Below are positions 1 through 12,654 of a DNA stretch of 64,000 bases, one piece after another. Each line of letters begins with the position of its first letter. The first letter of the stretch is position 1. Origin of the DNA: Eledone cirrhosa (lineage: Eukaryota); assembly GCA_964016885.1 (NCBI GenBank), contig OZ024741.1:103292001-103356000 (forward strand), in the 5' to 3' direction. The position numbers were made by a program, and so were the translations under genes. The notes under the pieces were generated by a model that saw only the letters and a list, made by a program, of their open reading frames with translations, did no database searches and was not told the DNA's origin.

Positions 1-3000
1 ATAGACACAAGACTCTCTCATTGGAATTTACACAACATCATCTAGGTAGATATGTATGTATGAATGCATGTGTAGATATGGATGTTATTATATGTGTGGA
101 TGTGGATGTTTTGAGTTGTATGTGTGCATGTGTATATGCTTTGTATCTGTACATGTGTATATGCAGTTATTAGATGCAAAATTTTTGGAATGTTTTACAT
201 ATTTTTACTGTTCCATTAATGGATTGTACTTGTAGTTTCCTAACTAGTTGTGTTCTTTCTGTTCCTGTGAAGCCTAGCTTCTCAATATTTGTATCGAGGC
301 AGTTACTAACATACCCCAGTGCCCCAATAATCACAGGCATAAATCTGAAGGTGTAATCAGGGTGGAGTATCTGCAGATTTCTCATCAGTTCTGCATAAAT
401 ATTCTCCTTTCCACTAATCTTTGATATTATATTGGCATCTGCTGGGCAGCTAATTTCCACTACTGTGCATGTTTTCTTCTCCCTGTCCCATATCATAATA
501 TCTGGTCTGTTATGCCTGCATTTTATTGGGGTTTTTACTGGAACATTCCACCAGTACTCTTTCATATTATGTACATGGATGTCTTCCACATTGTTGTAGC
601 TTTTAATGTGTTTATTATCGGGGCTATCTCTTTTACGAACTGCATTGTACAGTGTTTTGGCCACTACATCATGCCTCATAGGTAGATAGTACCGCGATGA
701 CATCTTTGGACAACTGCTGATGACATGGGTGATATCCTCGATGTTAGTTCTGCAGAGTCTGCACTTGTTATCACATCTAGGTGTTTTGCCTGCATCCCTA
801 TCTCTTTTGTGAATCAGGTATTTCGTGCTAATCTCCTGTTCCTGGATTGAAAAAGCGTATCCTTCAAAGTGGGAGCCAATATAGCGGTTGTTGGTCCAAG
901 ATAGACTACTTTCCTTAACTATATTACTCTCTCTCTGGAGCTTCCTGGCAACATATGCATGCATGATTTTTTGCTGATAGGCATGCAGTTTTTCATCCAT
1001 GGATTCACTGCGATACTGCTGAGCGACATCCCTGGGTGTGAGTTTTTGATTATCACACAGGGAATATCTCTCAAGGAGTTCCTTCCCAACTCTCATGATC
1101 TTATCTGTTTAATGCAGATAGACTTGCTCGAGAAACGGGCTCCTACGCTTCGAGGTTCGTAGATGTCGGAGAGATATGATGCGACATTCAAATGTTGTCT
1201 GGACTGATGTTAGGCCTCTGCCTCCCTGCTTGCGTTTCAAGTAAAGGCGGTCTATGTCACTGTTGATGTGGAAGTTTCCGGTGTTGTTCAGTATTTTTCG
1301 AGTTCCAACATCAACTGCTCGGATTTCGACTATCGTCCAATTGAGTATTCCAAACGTTGGTGTTAGGACAGGCACAGCAAGTACATTGTGAGCCACTGTT
1401 TTGTTTTGCGCAGAGAGTTCTGATGACCAGATCTTTCTTAATCGGGTGTAGTGTTCCCTGGTTACGCGTTCTTTATTACAGATACCATTATAGGATATGT
1501 TCTCATCTATCCCCAGGTATCTGTAGCAGTCCTCATCATATATCGGTGAAACAGTTCGACCATTGATGACAATGTTGCTAGATTGGGTTTTTCCCCGCTT
1601 TCAGTCATATATGAGCATTTATCTTGGCCAAACTCCATTCCTATATCCTTTGAGAACGTTGTAACCAGGTCAAGATTTTTCTTCATCCTATCCATGTTCT
1701 TGGCATAGAGTTTCAGATCGTCCACAAAGAAATTATGGGTTAGGTTCGTATTTCTGTCCTCCTGTGAGCCAATGATGTATCCCTCACATTTCTTGAGCAG
1801 AAAGGACAAGGGGTTTAATGACAGGATGAACAATATCACAGAGAGACTGTCCGCCTGAAATATACCCCTGCAATATTTTATTTTATCAGTAAAAATAGAG
1901 TCCTCCCTCTCTGTCTTTAACCTTAGGATAGTAGCCCAAGAAGAAGACAGCCTCTCTATGGCTCTGACAATAATGTCTGGTACTTTGGCAAGTTGGAGGG
2001 CATCTATCATCCAAGAGTCGGGAACAGAATAGAAAGCTTTCCTGTAGTCCAGCCAGACTGTAGTCATATTCCTCCTAAGTTTTCGCACCTCCGACATCGC
2101 AGTTTTGTTGATTAGGAGTTGTTCAGCACATCCCCAAACCCTTTTCTTTCCAGCTGCTTGTTCATCTGTGATGATGTTATTATTTTCACAGTGATCTTGG
2201 AAGAATAGGTTCAGGCAGGCTGTATACATCTTATACATCAGGTTCTGGCATGCAATGGGTCGGTAGTTTTTTGCCAAGTGGGTGTCTTTGTTCTTGCGGA
2301 CCAGTAATGTGTGTGCTAATGTCAACCATTCTGGTATAAGTGTATCTCCATTAATAACTTGTTGGTAGAGGTCAGTAAGATACCTCCGATAGAATATCAG
2401 TTTTTTGTACCAGTAGCCGACAATCATGTCTCTTCCTGGTGTTTTCTTATCTTGGAGTTTTCCTATCACAGTCTCAAGGGTACCCTCACTTATTTCGTAT
2501 GTTTTTGTTGTAGTGTAGGAGCAATAGTTCTTTCGGATTTCTCTTAGCCACACTGCATCTTGGTTGAAATTCTTCTTTTCACCCCATATTTTGCTCCAAC
2601 AGGAATCTATGTCTTTCTGGGATGGGGCCTCAGTGACACTTATTATTTTGCCCTTCATATCTCTATACTCTGATGTTTGGTTTCGTCTGAATCTTTTATT
2701 AAGCACTTTTCTCTCATCTACCTTCTTCAGGTATCGGCGTTTTTCGCTAACAGCTCTCAATTCTTGTTTGAGGGTGATCAGCTTATATTGGAGAGTTCTG
2801 GTTCTACTGTTACCAAACATCGTCTCTATTTTATTTTTCACTCTTTGTTGGTGAGTGAGGTTTTTGTGTGTTTGTTTGCATGTAAGGAGCATTGTCACAT
2901 GTCCTATGTTTTTTCGTAGGTCAGCACTCTTTTTTTTCTATTTTAGTTATATATGATGGTATTTTTGGTGGTGTTTTGTTCTTGTTAATATCTCTGCTAT

Positions 3001-3675
3001 CACCAAGATAATGCTTCACTGTCATTGCTAAGGCATATAAACAGGCGTTGATTTGCCAAAATGTTGGGGTTTTTATCCGTCGTAAATATTCATCCCCTAT
3101 TTCGTCAATAACACGTAGTATTTCATTATTTGGTTTTTTATTCACCATTGTCATTTTAACACGTTCAGCAAGAGAGATATTTATACATGAGTTAATTTCT
3201 CTCTGGAAGATTTCGTTGGGGGAAATTTTCAATTGTTTATACTTTTGATTATCATTATCGATAGTATTTTCCACAACAGTCGAGGTAGACTCGGATGGTA
3301 TACGTGGTGTCACATTTATTCGATTATTATTATTATTTCTTCGATTATTATTATTATCGATAGTGTTTTCGCCAGCATTCGAGGTAGACTTAGATGGTAC
3401 AGGTGGTGTCAAGTTTCTTACAGGCATAGTTGTTTCAAGGCGCTGTTCGACCTGGCTGCTAGGAAGTCTAGTAGCATGGCGACCTGTAGCACGTGTTGTT
3501 GATAACATGTTTGTTGTGGGGGACTTAGAATTAATAATATTTATCTTATTTTTACGTTCAACAAACGTCGCTTGTTGGCGTAATTGTTTCGCTGTGAAAT
3601 AATTTAGCTCTGGGTGCATTTCGTCCCAGTGTAGCTTCATTATATTCATATAGCCAATGGAGGGATTGTTTTTTG
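1..3675 (-). mobile_element. R4/Dong-like RLE non-LTR retrotransposon (family A), frameshifted; 3' end runs off the window
   Basis: ORFs 2921-3649, 1507-2898 (RT: KTPGRD, NYRPIAC, WLDYRKAF, GIFQADSLS, FVDDLKL), 1109-1396 (GGRGL) and 170-1096 (CRLC..H..C knuckle, RHD, RPD..EISCP restriction-like endonuclease). Confidence 0.92.
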
Positions 3676-3677
3676 CG

Positions 3678-3985
3678 ATCGCGCGGTTAAACCACTGGGA
3701 GGGAAGGACCCCTAGCCTTTGTCAGGGCATTCTTCTAGGAGAAAGCAACTCAAGAAACTGGGATAACTCCGATATAAGACCGGCGGCTCAGTAGTTACCG
3801 ATGCTGTTGATCTTTTCTTTTCGGGTTATAGCTACTGTTGCTCAGAGAGTGGGGTTGGCTCAGTGCACAGTCACTTTAAAAAATATCTTCACTCACAGGC
3901 ATTGCACGATAGAATTAATTAATAATTATTAATTATGTTATATCGTGCAATGGCCATACTCGATGACGAGGGGGTAGCCATCATG
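3678..3985 (+). mobile_element. Non-autonomous RTE-derived (bipartite) element with (ATGT)n tail
   Basis: RTE-type 5' UTR motif CTAGGAGAA(A)GCAACTC; 3' hairpin ATGGCC..CTCG-ATGA-CGAG..GCCAT followed by (TATG)n; inverted copy at 5538-5895. Confidence 0.6.
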
Positions 3986-4496
3986 TATGTATGTATGTAT
4001 GTATGTATGTATGTATGTATGTATGTATGTATGTATGTATGTATGTATGCATGTATTTATATATGTATATATGTATGTACATGAGTGTGTATGTAAGGGA
4101 GTGTAATTGAGATCTTTCCAGTCCTACCGCCAGTATCCCAGTTGTTCAGAACAGCTAATAGGACCGTTGATTGCTCTAACTTGAAATTAAATACATCCAG
4201 AATAAACCAAAACCAACCTTGAACCCAAGCCAAGCATAAACTATACACCTATACTCGTCCTCAGACACCACACGAAGATGAGCTAAATCACGCCAGTTCT
4301 TCCAACTAAGTCGCCACCTCCCTGCAAATCAACCACCAACCCGCATCAACCACCTGTATAGGTATGACGGACGTCATCAAGCTGTAGCCATCGTATTGCG
4401 TAGTTTTTATATTATAATCATTATGTAAGACACACGGAACTGTGCTTGGTAATGCAGTGACAGCAAGCAATAAAAATAAAACTAATGATAATAATA

Positions 4497-5271
4497 GTTG
4501 TTTCTACTCTCGGCAAAGGCCAGCAATTACCCCAGTACATTACTGGTGCTTTATTTTATCGATCCCGTAAGGATGAAAGGCAAAGTTAACCTCGGCGGGA
4601 TTTGAACTCAGAACGTAAAGGGTTATAACTCTATGCTACCAAGCATGGTATCTGACGTTCTACCGATACTGCCAAACCACTGCCCTAATGATAATAATAA
4701 TGGGTTCAGATTTAGGCACAAGGCCAGCAATTTTAAGGGGAGGGGAAAGTCGATTAGATCGACCCCAGTGCATTACTGGTGCTTTATTTTATCGACCTCG
4801 TAAGGAGGAAAGGCAAAGCTAACCTCGGCGGGATTTGAACTCAGACGTAAAGGGCCATAACTATATGCCACCAAGCATGTTATCCTACGCTCTACCGATT
4901 CTGCTAATCCATAATAATAATTGTTTCTACTTTTGGCACAAGGCCAGCAATTATCCCAGTGCATTACTGGTACTTTATTTTATCGACTCCGTAAGGATGA
5001 AATGCAAAGTTAACCTCGGTGGGATTTGAAATCAGAACGTCAAGGGCCATAACTCCAGGCTGCAAAATATGGTGTCTGACGCTCAACCGATTCTGCCAAT
5101 CCATAATAATAATAATTGTTTCTACTTGAGGCACAAAGCCAGCAATTTTGGGGGGAGGGGAAAGTCAATTAAATCGACACTAGTGCATTACTGGTACTTT
5201 ATTTTATCGACCCCGTAAGGATGAAAGCAAAGCTAACCTTGGAGAGATTTGAACTCTGATCGTAAAGAACC
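4497..5271 (-). mobile_element. Four tandem tRNA-derived SINEs (about 4497-4686, 4701-4911, 4921-5102, 5116-5271) separated by (AAT)n
   Basis: On the minus strand: A box TGGCAGTATCGG, B box GAGTTCAAATCC, core GCCTTTCATCCTTACGGGGTCGATAAAATAAAGTACCAG and tail CCTTGTGCC..AGAAAC(ATT)n. Confidence 0.9.
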
Positions 5272-5361
5272 ATAATAATAATAACGAAGGAATAAAAATT
5301 CATGAATACATGTAAAATGGACAGAAGGGATAACAATGAAGACGAACTCGAAGAGGTCTGT

Positions 5362-5535
5362 TTCTTCTTCTTCTTCTTCTTCTTCTTCTTCTTCGCCCAC
5401 TTATTCCTGAGAGGGTCGTGGGGGCAGGGTGGTCAAACACTTTTCCAGCCGGTCCTGTCAGAAGCAACTGTCTCCAACTGATACCGCTGGATCCCCAAGC
5501 GAGACCAGCCAAGTTCATGGATGTTATATAACCAT
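5362..5535 (-). mobile_element. RTE LINE 3' fragment with (GAA)n tail
   Basis: Minus strand reads QLETVASDRTGWKS (RTE C-terminal A.DR..W motif), then a short UTR and (GAA)n. Confidence 0.6.
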
Positions 5536-5537
5536 CT

Positions 5538-5895
5538 TACATACATGATAGCTGCCCCACCTTTATCGAGTATGGCCATTGTACGATATAGCAATATCAA
5601 TAATTATCAATTAATGCTATCGTGCAATGCCTGTGCGTGAAGATATTTTTTAAAGTGAGGAAAGACTGTGCACTGAGCCAATCCCACTCTCTGAGCGACA
5701 GTAGCTATAACCCGAAAAGAAAAGATCAACATCATCGGTAACCACTGAGCCGCAGGTTTTATATCGGTGTTATCCCAGTTTCCTGAGTTGCCTTCTACTA
5801 GAAGAATGCTCTGGCAAAGGCTAGGGGGTCCTTCACTCCCAGTGGTTTAACCGCGCGATCGGGTGTCCAGCCCGACTATTTCTATGTCCCCGCAC
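5538..5895 (-). mobile_element. Second copy of the bipartite RTE-derived element at 3678-3985
   Basis: Reverse-complement similarity over about 300 bp. Confidence 0.7.
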
Positions 5896-5967
5896 ATATA
5901 CATACACATGCACCCATGTATATACACATATACATACATATGTACATGTGTATATACATATTTACAC

Positions 5968-6212
5968 ACTTTTGGATGGCCGTCGACTCTTATGAGTTCT
6001 TCTGCCCTTTATCAGGTTTTCTTTTTTGTCCTGCAGGGTGTCCAAAATCACCCTCCTCACCAAATAAACTTGGTGGGGTTGTCGGTTTAGTCGCCGATGA
6101 CCCAACCATGCGACAGGTTGTACTGGGTTACATGTTACCAGTAGCACTCAAGCGTGACCCGACATACATACATACATACATACATACATACATACATACA
6201 TACATACATACA

Positions 6213-6245
<33 letters not shown>

Positions 6246-7166
6246 GGTGGCTGCCAACTCGTTTTCGAGTACGGCCACTACTTTATATCCATGTAGGAGA
6301 ACCCCTACCGATGCGCTGAACGAGTGTGACTTTTTAGTCCAGCCAGCGACTTGAAAACTCTGGTACAAACACTACACTCGTGACAATTATTGACACATAG
6401 TGCTGGGCCCATGGTACCATGTGACGACAAGTGCAGAGAGATCTCCAGATACAAAGCAATGCCTGTGCCGTGAAGCTTTTATAGTGAGCAAAGGCACTGC
6501 ACAAAGCCAGTCCCACTCTCTTAACCAAGATGATATTTACCAAAAAGAAGAACAAGTCAACATCATTGGATACCATCAGAGTTGCAGGTGTTATATCAGA
6601 GTTTTCCTTCTCCTAGAATTCTGCCTTGACAAAGTCTAAGGGGTCATCTCTCCCGGTGATTTTGGATGGCCATTGACTCTTACGAGCTCCTTTGCCCTTT
6701 TGACAGGTTTTGTTTTTATACATACATACATACATGGTGGCTGCCAACTCGTTTTTGAGTACGGCTACTACTTTATATCCATGTAGGAAAACCCCTACCG
6801 ATGCGCTGAACAAGTGTGACTTTTTAGTCCAGCCAGCGACTTGAAAACTCTGGTACAAACACTACACTTGTGACAATTATTGACACATAGTGCTGGGCCC
6901 ATGGTACCATGTGATGACAAGTGCAGAGAGATCTCCAGATATAAAGCAATGCCTGTGCCGTAAAGCTTTTATAGTAAGCAAAGGCACTGCACAAAGAGCT
7001 CCTTTGCCCTTTGACAGGTTTTGTTTTTAGTCCTGCAGGATGTCCAAAATCACCCTCCTCACCAAGAAACCTTGGTGGGGTTGCCAGTTTAGTCGCCAAC
7101 AACCCGACCATTGGACAGGTTGTAGTGGGATACATGTTACCAGTAGCACCAACTGGTGACCTGACC
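5968..7166 (-). mobile_element. Cluster of bipartite RTE-derived elements (head 5968-6162; copies about 6243-6718 and 6733-7166) in (CATA)n
   Basis: Minus strand has CTAGGAGAAGGAAAACTCTGA (RTE 5' UTR motif), a C2H2 finger HECSVCTRVFKSLAGLKSHTRSAHR* (6305-6382; second copy 6795-6872), a 3' hairpin and (TATG)n. Confidence 0.75.
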
Positions 7167-7250
7167 ATACATACATACATACATACATACATACATACAT
7201 ACATACATACATACATACATACATACATACATACATACATACATACATAC

Positions 7251-7970
7251 AGTAGTGGCCAAAACACTGTACAATGCAGTTCATAAAAAAAGATAGCCCC
7301 GATAATAAACACATTAAAAGCTACAACAATGTGGAAGACATCCATGTACATAATATGAAAGAGTACTGATGGAATGTTCCAGTAAAAACCCCAATAAAAT
7401 GCAGGCATAACAGACCAGATATTATGACATGGGACAGGGAGAAGAAAACATGCACAGTAGTGGAAATTAGCTGCCCAGCAGATGCCAATATAATATCAAA
7501 GATTAGTGAAAAGGAGAATATTTATGCAGAACTGATGAGAAATCTGCAGATACTCCACCCTGATTACACCCGCAGATTTATGCCTGTATTATTGGGGCAC
7601 TGGGATATGTTAGTAACTGCCTAAATACAAATATTGAGAAGCTAGGCTTCACAGGAACAGAAAGAACACAACTAGTTAGGAAATTACAAGTACAATCCAT
7701 TAATGTAACAGTAAAAATATGTAAAACATTCCAAAAATTTGCATCTACACATGTACAGATACAAAGCATATACACATGCACACATACAACTCAAAACATA
7801 CACAACCACACATACAATAACATCCATATCTACACATGCATGCATACATACATACATATCTACCTAGTTGATGTTGTGTAAATTCCAATGAGACAGTCTT
7901 GTGTCTATGTTAGAAACCGACTCTCTCTCTTTATTGGTAAAACTTTGTGAAATTATAAAACCAGAAGAAC
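7251..7970 (+). mobile_element. 5'-truncated copy of R4-like family A (RLE domain and 3' UTR) flanked by (CATA)n
   Basis: Near-identical inverted copy of 1-665; (CATA)n on both sides; ends ...CCAGAAGAA-CATACATAC. Confidence 0.92.
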
Positions 7971-8439
7971 ATACATACATACATACATACATACACGTAG
8001 AACACCTATTTATATGAATGATACATAAACTTTAATATATAAATACAGCGTTGTTATATTATATTACATTCATAAAGAAATATACTAAGTAACGGTTCTT
8101 TTTGTTCTCGATTCAAACGATTCAAGAACAGCGTTTAAAACACAGTTGTAGAATTAAAAACTAACTGAAAAGAAATATTACCCAAGCTGTGAATAACTTT
8201 AAATTTGATTCTGACAGAACTTTGTCGAAACTTTTAAAGAAGATCATCGACTATTTTGAAAAATAAATACGAAATATTAGTGACTAGACGAACTCATCAT
8301 GGCAAAAAGTACAAGTCTCCTTCAACCAAATCGCAACTACAACCGTTGTATACAGTGGTAACACAATATGAAACCCGGATAGTAACACTGAAGCAACACC
8401 TTCAACAGGAAAAAGGTTGGCAACCATCTTGCCCAGGTT

Positions 8440-9434
8440 TATGAGCATGAAAAAAAAATATCATTAGAATAGCGACTGATCTGGAGGAGAGATATGGAAT
8501 AAAGCCTGATATAAATCTCTCACCCAGAGAAATCGGAAGATCCTATTCAATGTTCAAACAAGATAAAAAAATTGACCAATTTACAGAAAAAGTTGTGCAT
8601 GGATACTTGAGACGTAAAACACAGACCATGGGGGGATAAACCACTCAAAAAGCCTGGCATGGAGTTCCGACAAGTTTATGACATCACACCTTGAGGGATA
8701 TCTCTATGCAATAGAGGAACAAGAACTCCCTACCAAATATCTGCTGCACAAAAGAGGAGGGCCAGCAGCTGACAATAAATGTAGGCTATGTAAAACAAAG
8801 ATCGAGGATGTAAGCCACATTGTTGCCGGCTGCGAAAGAATGTCATCTCGCTACTACCTCCCCATGAGACACGATGGGATAGCTAGAACCATCTGGAACG
8901 CACTTAGGAAAACAAAATTAACAACAAACGAGGGAGAATATATTTAGACAGATGGCACTAAGGAATACTGGTGGAACCTGAAAATAAAAACTGCCACCAA
9001 ATTAAAGCACAACCGGCCTGATATTGTTGTTTGGGACCACACATTGAAAACGTGTTCTGTTGTGGAGATCAGCTGCCCACTTGATATACACGTTGTCAGA
9101 AAAATACAGGAGAAGGAGGACATCTACGGACCATTGATGAAGAGTTTACAAATCTAGTATCCAAGATACACCTTTAGCTTCATACCCATCATTATTGGTG
9201 CTACGGGTTATATACCAACCCGATTGGACCAAAGTATGACTGAACTTGGATTTGCGGACAAAAAGTGCAGCTCCCTAATTCATAGTCTACAAATGGCTGC
9301 GATAGCTGGCACCTTCAAAATTTGCAAAACATTCTTGCGATTCAAGGGATGACAATTTCTTTTCTTTTACAACCTTGCCACCAGGAAGGTGGCCGGTCAA
9401 AAAAAATATACTCGAAATTAAGAGAAAGAGATAA
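8440..9434 (+). mobile_element. R4-like RLE element 3' part (second family) ending in (CATA)n
   Basis: ORF 8678-8947 has AIEEQE, CRLC..H..C and MRHD; downstream HNRPD..EISCP; 3' end abuts (CATA)n. Confidence 0.85.
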
Positions 9435-9580
9435 ACATACATACATACATACATACATACATACATACATACATACATACATACATACATACATACATAC
9501 ATACATACATACATACATACATACATACATACATACATACATACATACATACATACATACATACATACATACATACATAC
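9435..9580. repeat. (CATA)n microsatellite
   Basis: Perfect tetranucleotide array. Confidence 0.98.
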
Positions 9581-11906
9581 AAGGTCGGAAACAAATCCGT
9601 AATTCGCTAAGAATTACTATGTAAAGTTGTATTTATATATTTCTTTGAAATGGGTGGACAACATTAACAGCCTCCGAATATGGTCAGAATATGGTTCTAT
9701 GATATTATCATCGTTTGTTATGATCAGAATAATCTGAGCCGGATATATGCTCATGGGGACCTTTAAGTGGGCGGATGTTAATGGTAGAAGTGTTTGCGTT
9801 TTAAATCTCTTACGTCTAGTCTCCCTACTCCAGATATAGTTTGTAAGGCAAAAAATACATTTCTTTGTACAAATATTTGCATATATCCTTCTTTATATTT
9901 ATCTATCTATGTATGTATATATTTCTCTCTATATTTATCTGTCTATATAAGTATGTGTATATATGTATATATATAAGAACTTGGTGCAGACACATCAGAT
10001 ATCCAACAGTCGAGGTTTCATCAATTTCGTTCTCTTCTCAGCAGAAAAGTTTTAAACCTAATTTTAGTGTTTAAAATTATTTCAGTTCACCCTCTCCTTA
10101 TATATCTACCTACTTACCTACCTACCTACCTATCTATCTACCATTCTATCTATCTACTTATCTACCTATCTATCTGACTGTCTGACCATCTCAACTTACT
10201 ATTTAACACCAACACAAGAAGCCAAGAACAGAACAACTAGAATGACGAATGGAATATCCTGTTTAGCCGGTGGTTGGGGCCGTGTCTTATACATCTGTAT
10301 GCTTCTTTCTCAACTTTGTCTGGCTTGTGTCTTTGCCTGTAGCTGTGCTTTTATTCATCCACAGTACGGTTACTGCTCTGCCGAATACGGTAAGATCTTC
10401 TACCACATGTTCTTTTTTGTTGTTGTTAATATTGCTATTTAATATGATTTTCACTACCTCGCGTTCTTTGTTACTATTGCTACTTATGACAATAATTGAT
10501 AGTGCTGCTATTATAACGAAAACTATTAATATGACTATCGCACTAACACTACCACACGTTGTTCGTTACTATTGGTACTTACGACACTGATTGCTATTAC
10601 TTTTACTATTACATGTTTCTTTTGTTACTATTGCTTCTTACGTTACCACCAATTGCTATTGCTCGTACTATTACTATGACAAGAACTTTCACATTAACGC
10701 TTCTACGTATTGTTTGCTACTATTGCTACATACGACATTGATTTCTATTTATACTATTTATTATGATTACGACTATTACTATTACCATTTTTATGACTAG
10801 TGAATGTGCGTGACTTAATAGGTGGCGAGTTCTTTGGATGCGCTGTTTTATTTCATGTTTCTTCTGTCGACTAAACTGGGGAAAATTAGGGCTATACTGG
10901 TGCCAAGCTGTATCGGCTTTTGCCATTGGACAAGATCTCTGGCATAGAGATGAGAGACTGGCATGCGTGGGAGACAGCTCTTTTTCCATAAAACACCTTA
11001 CCTAGACTTGTGCCACGAAGAGGAACTTTCTGGGCGCAATCCCATGGGTCAGTCATGGCTGGAGTAGGAGCCTTTAACTTTTAATTATAGCTATCACATT
11101 GCCTTAAAAATGTGAGGGGGACAAACCAACATTTGTTGATTCTTAAAGAAGCATAAATTGCTTATAGTGCCTTTCCCGGACCCTATCACAGTAACATTTT
11201 ACGCTAATTAAATTTTATATATTCAAATGAAGTTCGGATATAAAAGAAATAAGCTTAAAAAGAATTTATTATATCAAATAAGCAAGAAATAAAACATAGA
11301 CGTTTGAAAAAGTGTGTGTGTGGGGGGGGGGGGGCTTGTCCCCTAGTACCCCCCTGAAACAAAGCCCTTGGCTATCACTAACAATATTTTGTAACCGCTC
11401 ACCTTCGTTTTCATGTTTCATGTAAATTGTATGAACGGGGTTGTATGTACCCAGCCTCATTGACTAAAGAAAACAAAAAGAAAAAAGGACTTTATTTTAG
11501 TTAAAATAATACTGAAGTATCCATAAAATTCTACGTTTTATAAATTTTATTTTGAAGCATAAATTGATGTTTTGTTCAACTAAAACATTTCGATCGTCTT
11601 CAATTTCGTTCCATATTTAAGGTTATTTAAAGTTTACAATCCAACGCGCTGCATTATTGTTTTATTATTTAACTCTTTTACTGATTTCAGTGATTAGAAT
11701 GTGGCATTCTTTAGCACAGCCTTGAAAGGATCATATCGACTGATCATATCGACTCCAGTACTTATCTTTTAAGTCTGCTACTTATTTTATTGATTTTTTT
11801 TTTGTCGAACCGCTATCCCGTGGGACATAAACAATAAATGTAAACTCGGATGCACACGCACACACACAAACATATACACAGATATATATATATATGTATG
11901 TATGTA

Positions 11907-12260
11907 TGGTCGGGTCGTCGGGGACTAAACCGGCAACCCCACAAAGCCTGCTTTGCGAGGAGGAGGATTTTGGACACCCTGCAGGATGAAAAACAAAACA
12001 TGTCAAAGGGCAAAAGAATTCAGGAGAATCAACAGCCACCCACCCAATTTTTTTTTTTTTTTTTCATGGCGAGAGACTCCTAGTCTTCATTAAGACATCT
12101 CTTTAGAAGAAGGTCACTCAGATATAAAACCTGCGACTTTTCCTCACTTAAAAAAGCTTCAAGCACAGGCATCGTTTGATATGTGACATTTTTTCCGATG
12201 CATGGTATTGTTGGTCATAGGCAAGTTGCTAGCAGGACTAAAAAGCCACACGTGTGTGTG
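11907..12260 (+). mobile_element. Degraded copy of the bipartite RTE-derived element
   Basis: Head matches the reverse complement of 5968-6110; LLAGLKSHT finger remnant near 12225-12252. Confidence 0.6.
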
Positions 12261-12460
12261 TGTAAGTTTGAGAAGTGAGGCTGGTTGCAATGGTGGGTGT
12301 GGCATTAATGATACTGATGAGGGCTTTTGTTATTTAGAAGGAAAGTGTCGACTAGGGAAAGCGTTATTTTCATTACTATTAGAAGAATGTGTGTGACTTT
12401 ATGTAACTATGTATGTGACTATATATGTGTGTGTATATTGATGTGGGTATGTATGTATGT

Positions 12461-12514
<54 letters not shown>

Positions 12515-12654
12515 CTATGAGATATGTGTATGTGTGTGTGTATGCGAACGCGTGTGTGCAGGTATGGATGTAATTGCATGTATGGATCTGTATATTTTTA
12601 GTTATATATGTACACGTGCATATGTTTCCATATCTATACGTTTGTATATGCAGT

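Noticed and set aside
3678-3985. 5' UTR or HDV-like ribozyme of the adjacent R4-like element
   Set aside because: The RTE 5' UTR motif and tail polarity indicate an independent plus-strand element; no HDV P3/L3 module found.
4497-5280. CRISPR-like repeat array
   Set aside because: The units are Pol III SINE copies in eukaryotic DNA; no spacers or cas genes.
6494-6520. Twister-like CACTGC..GCCAGTCCCA
   Set aside because: The AAGC and P4 partner strands are missing, and it lies on the antisense strand of the element.
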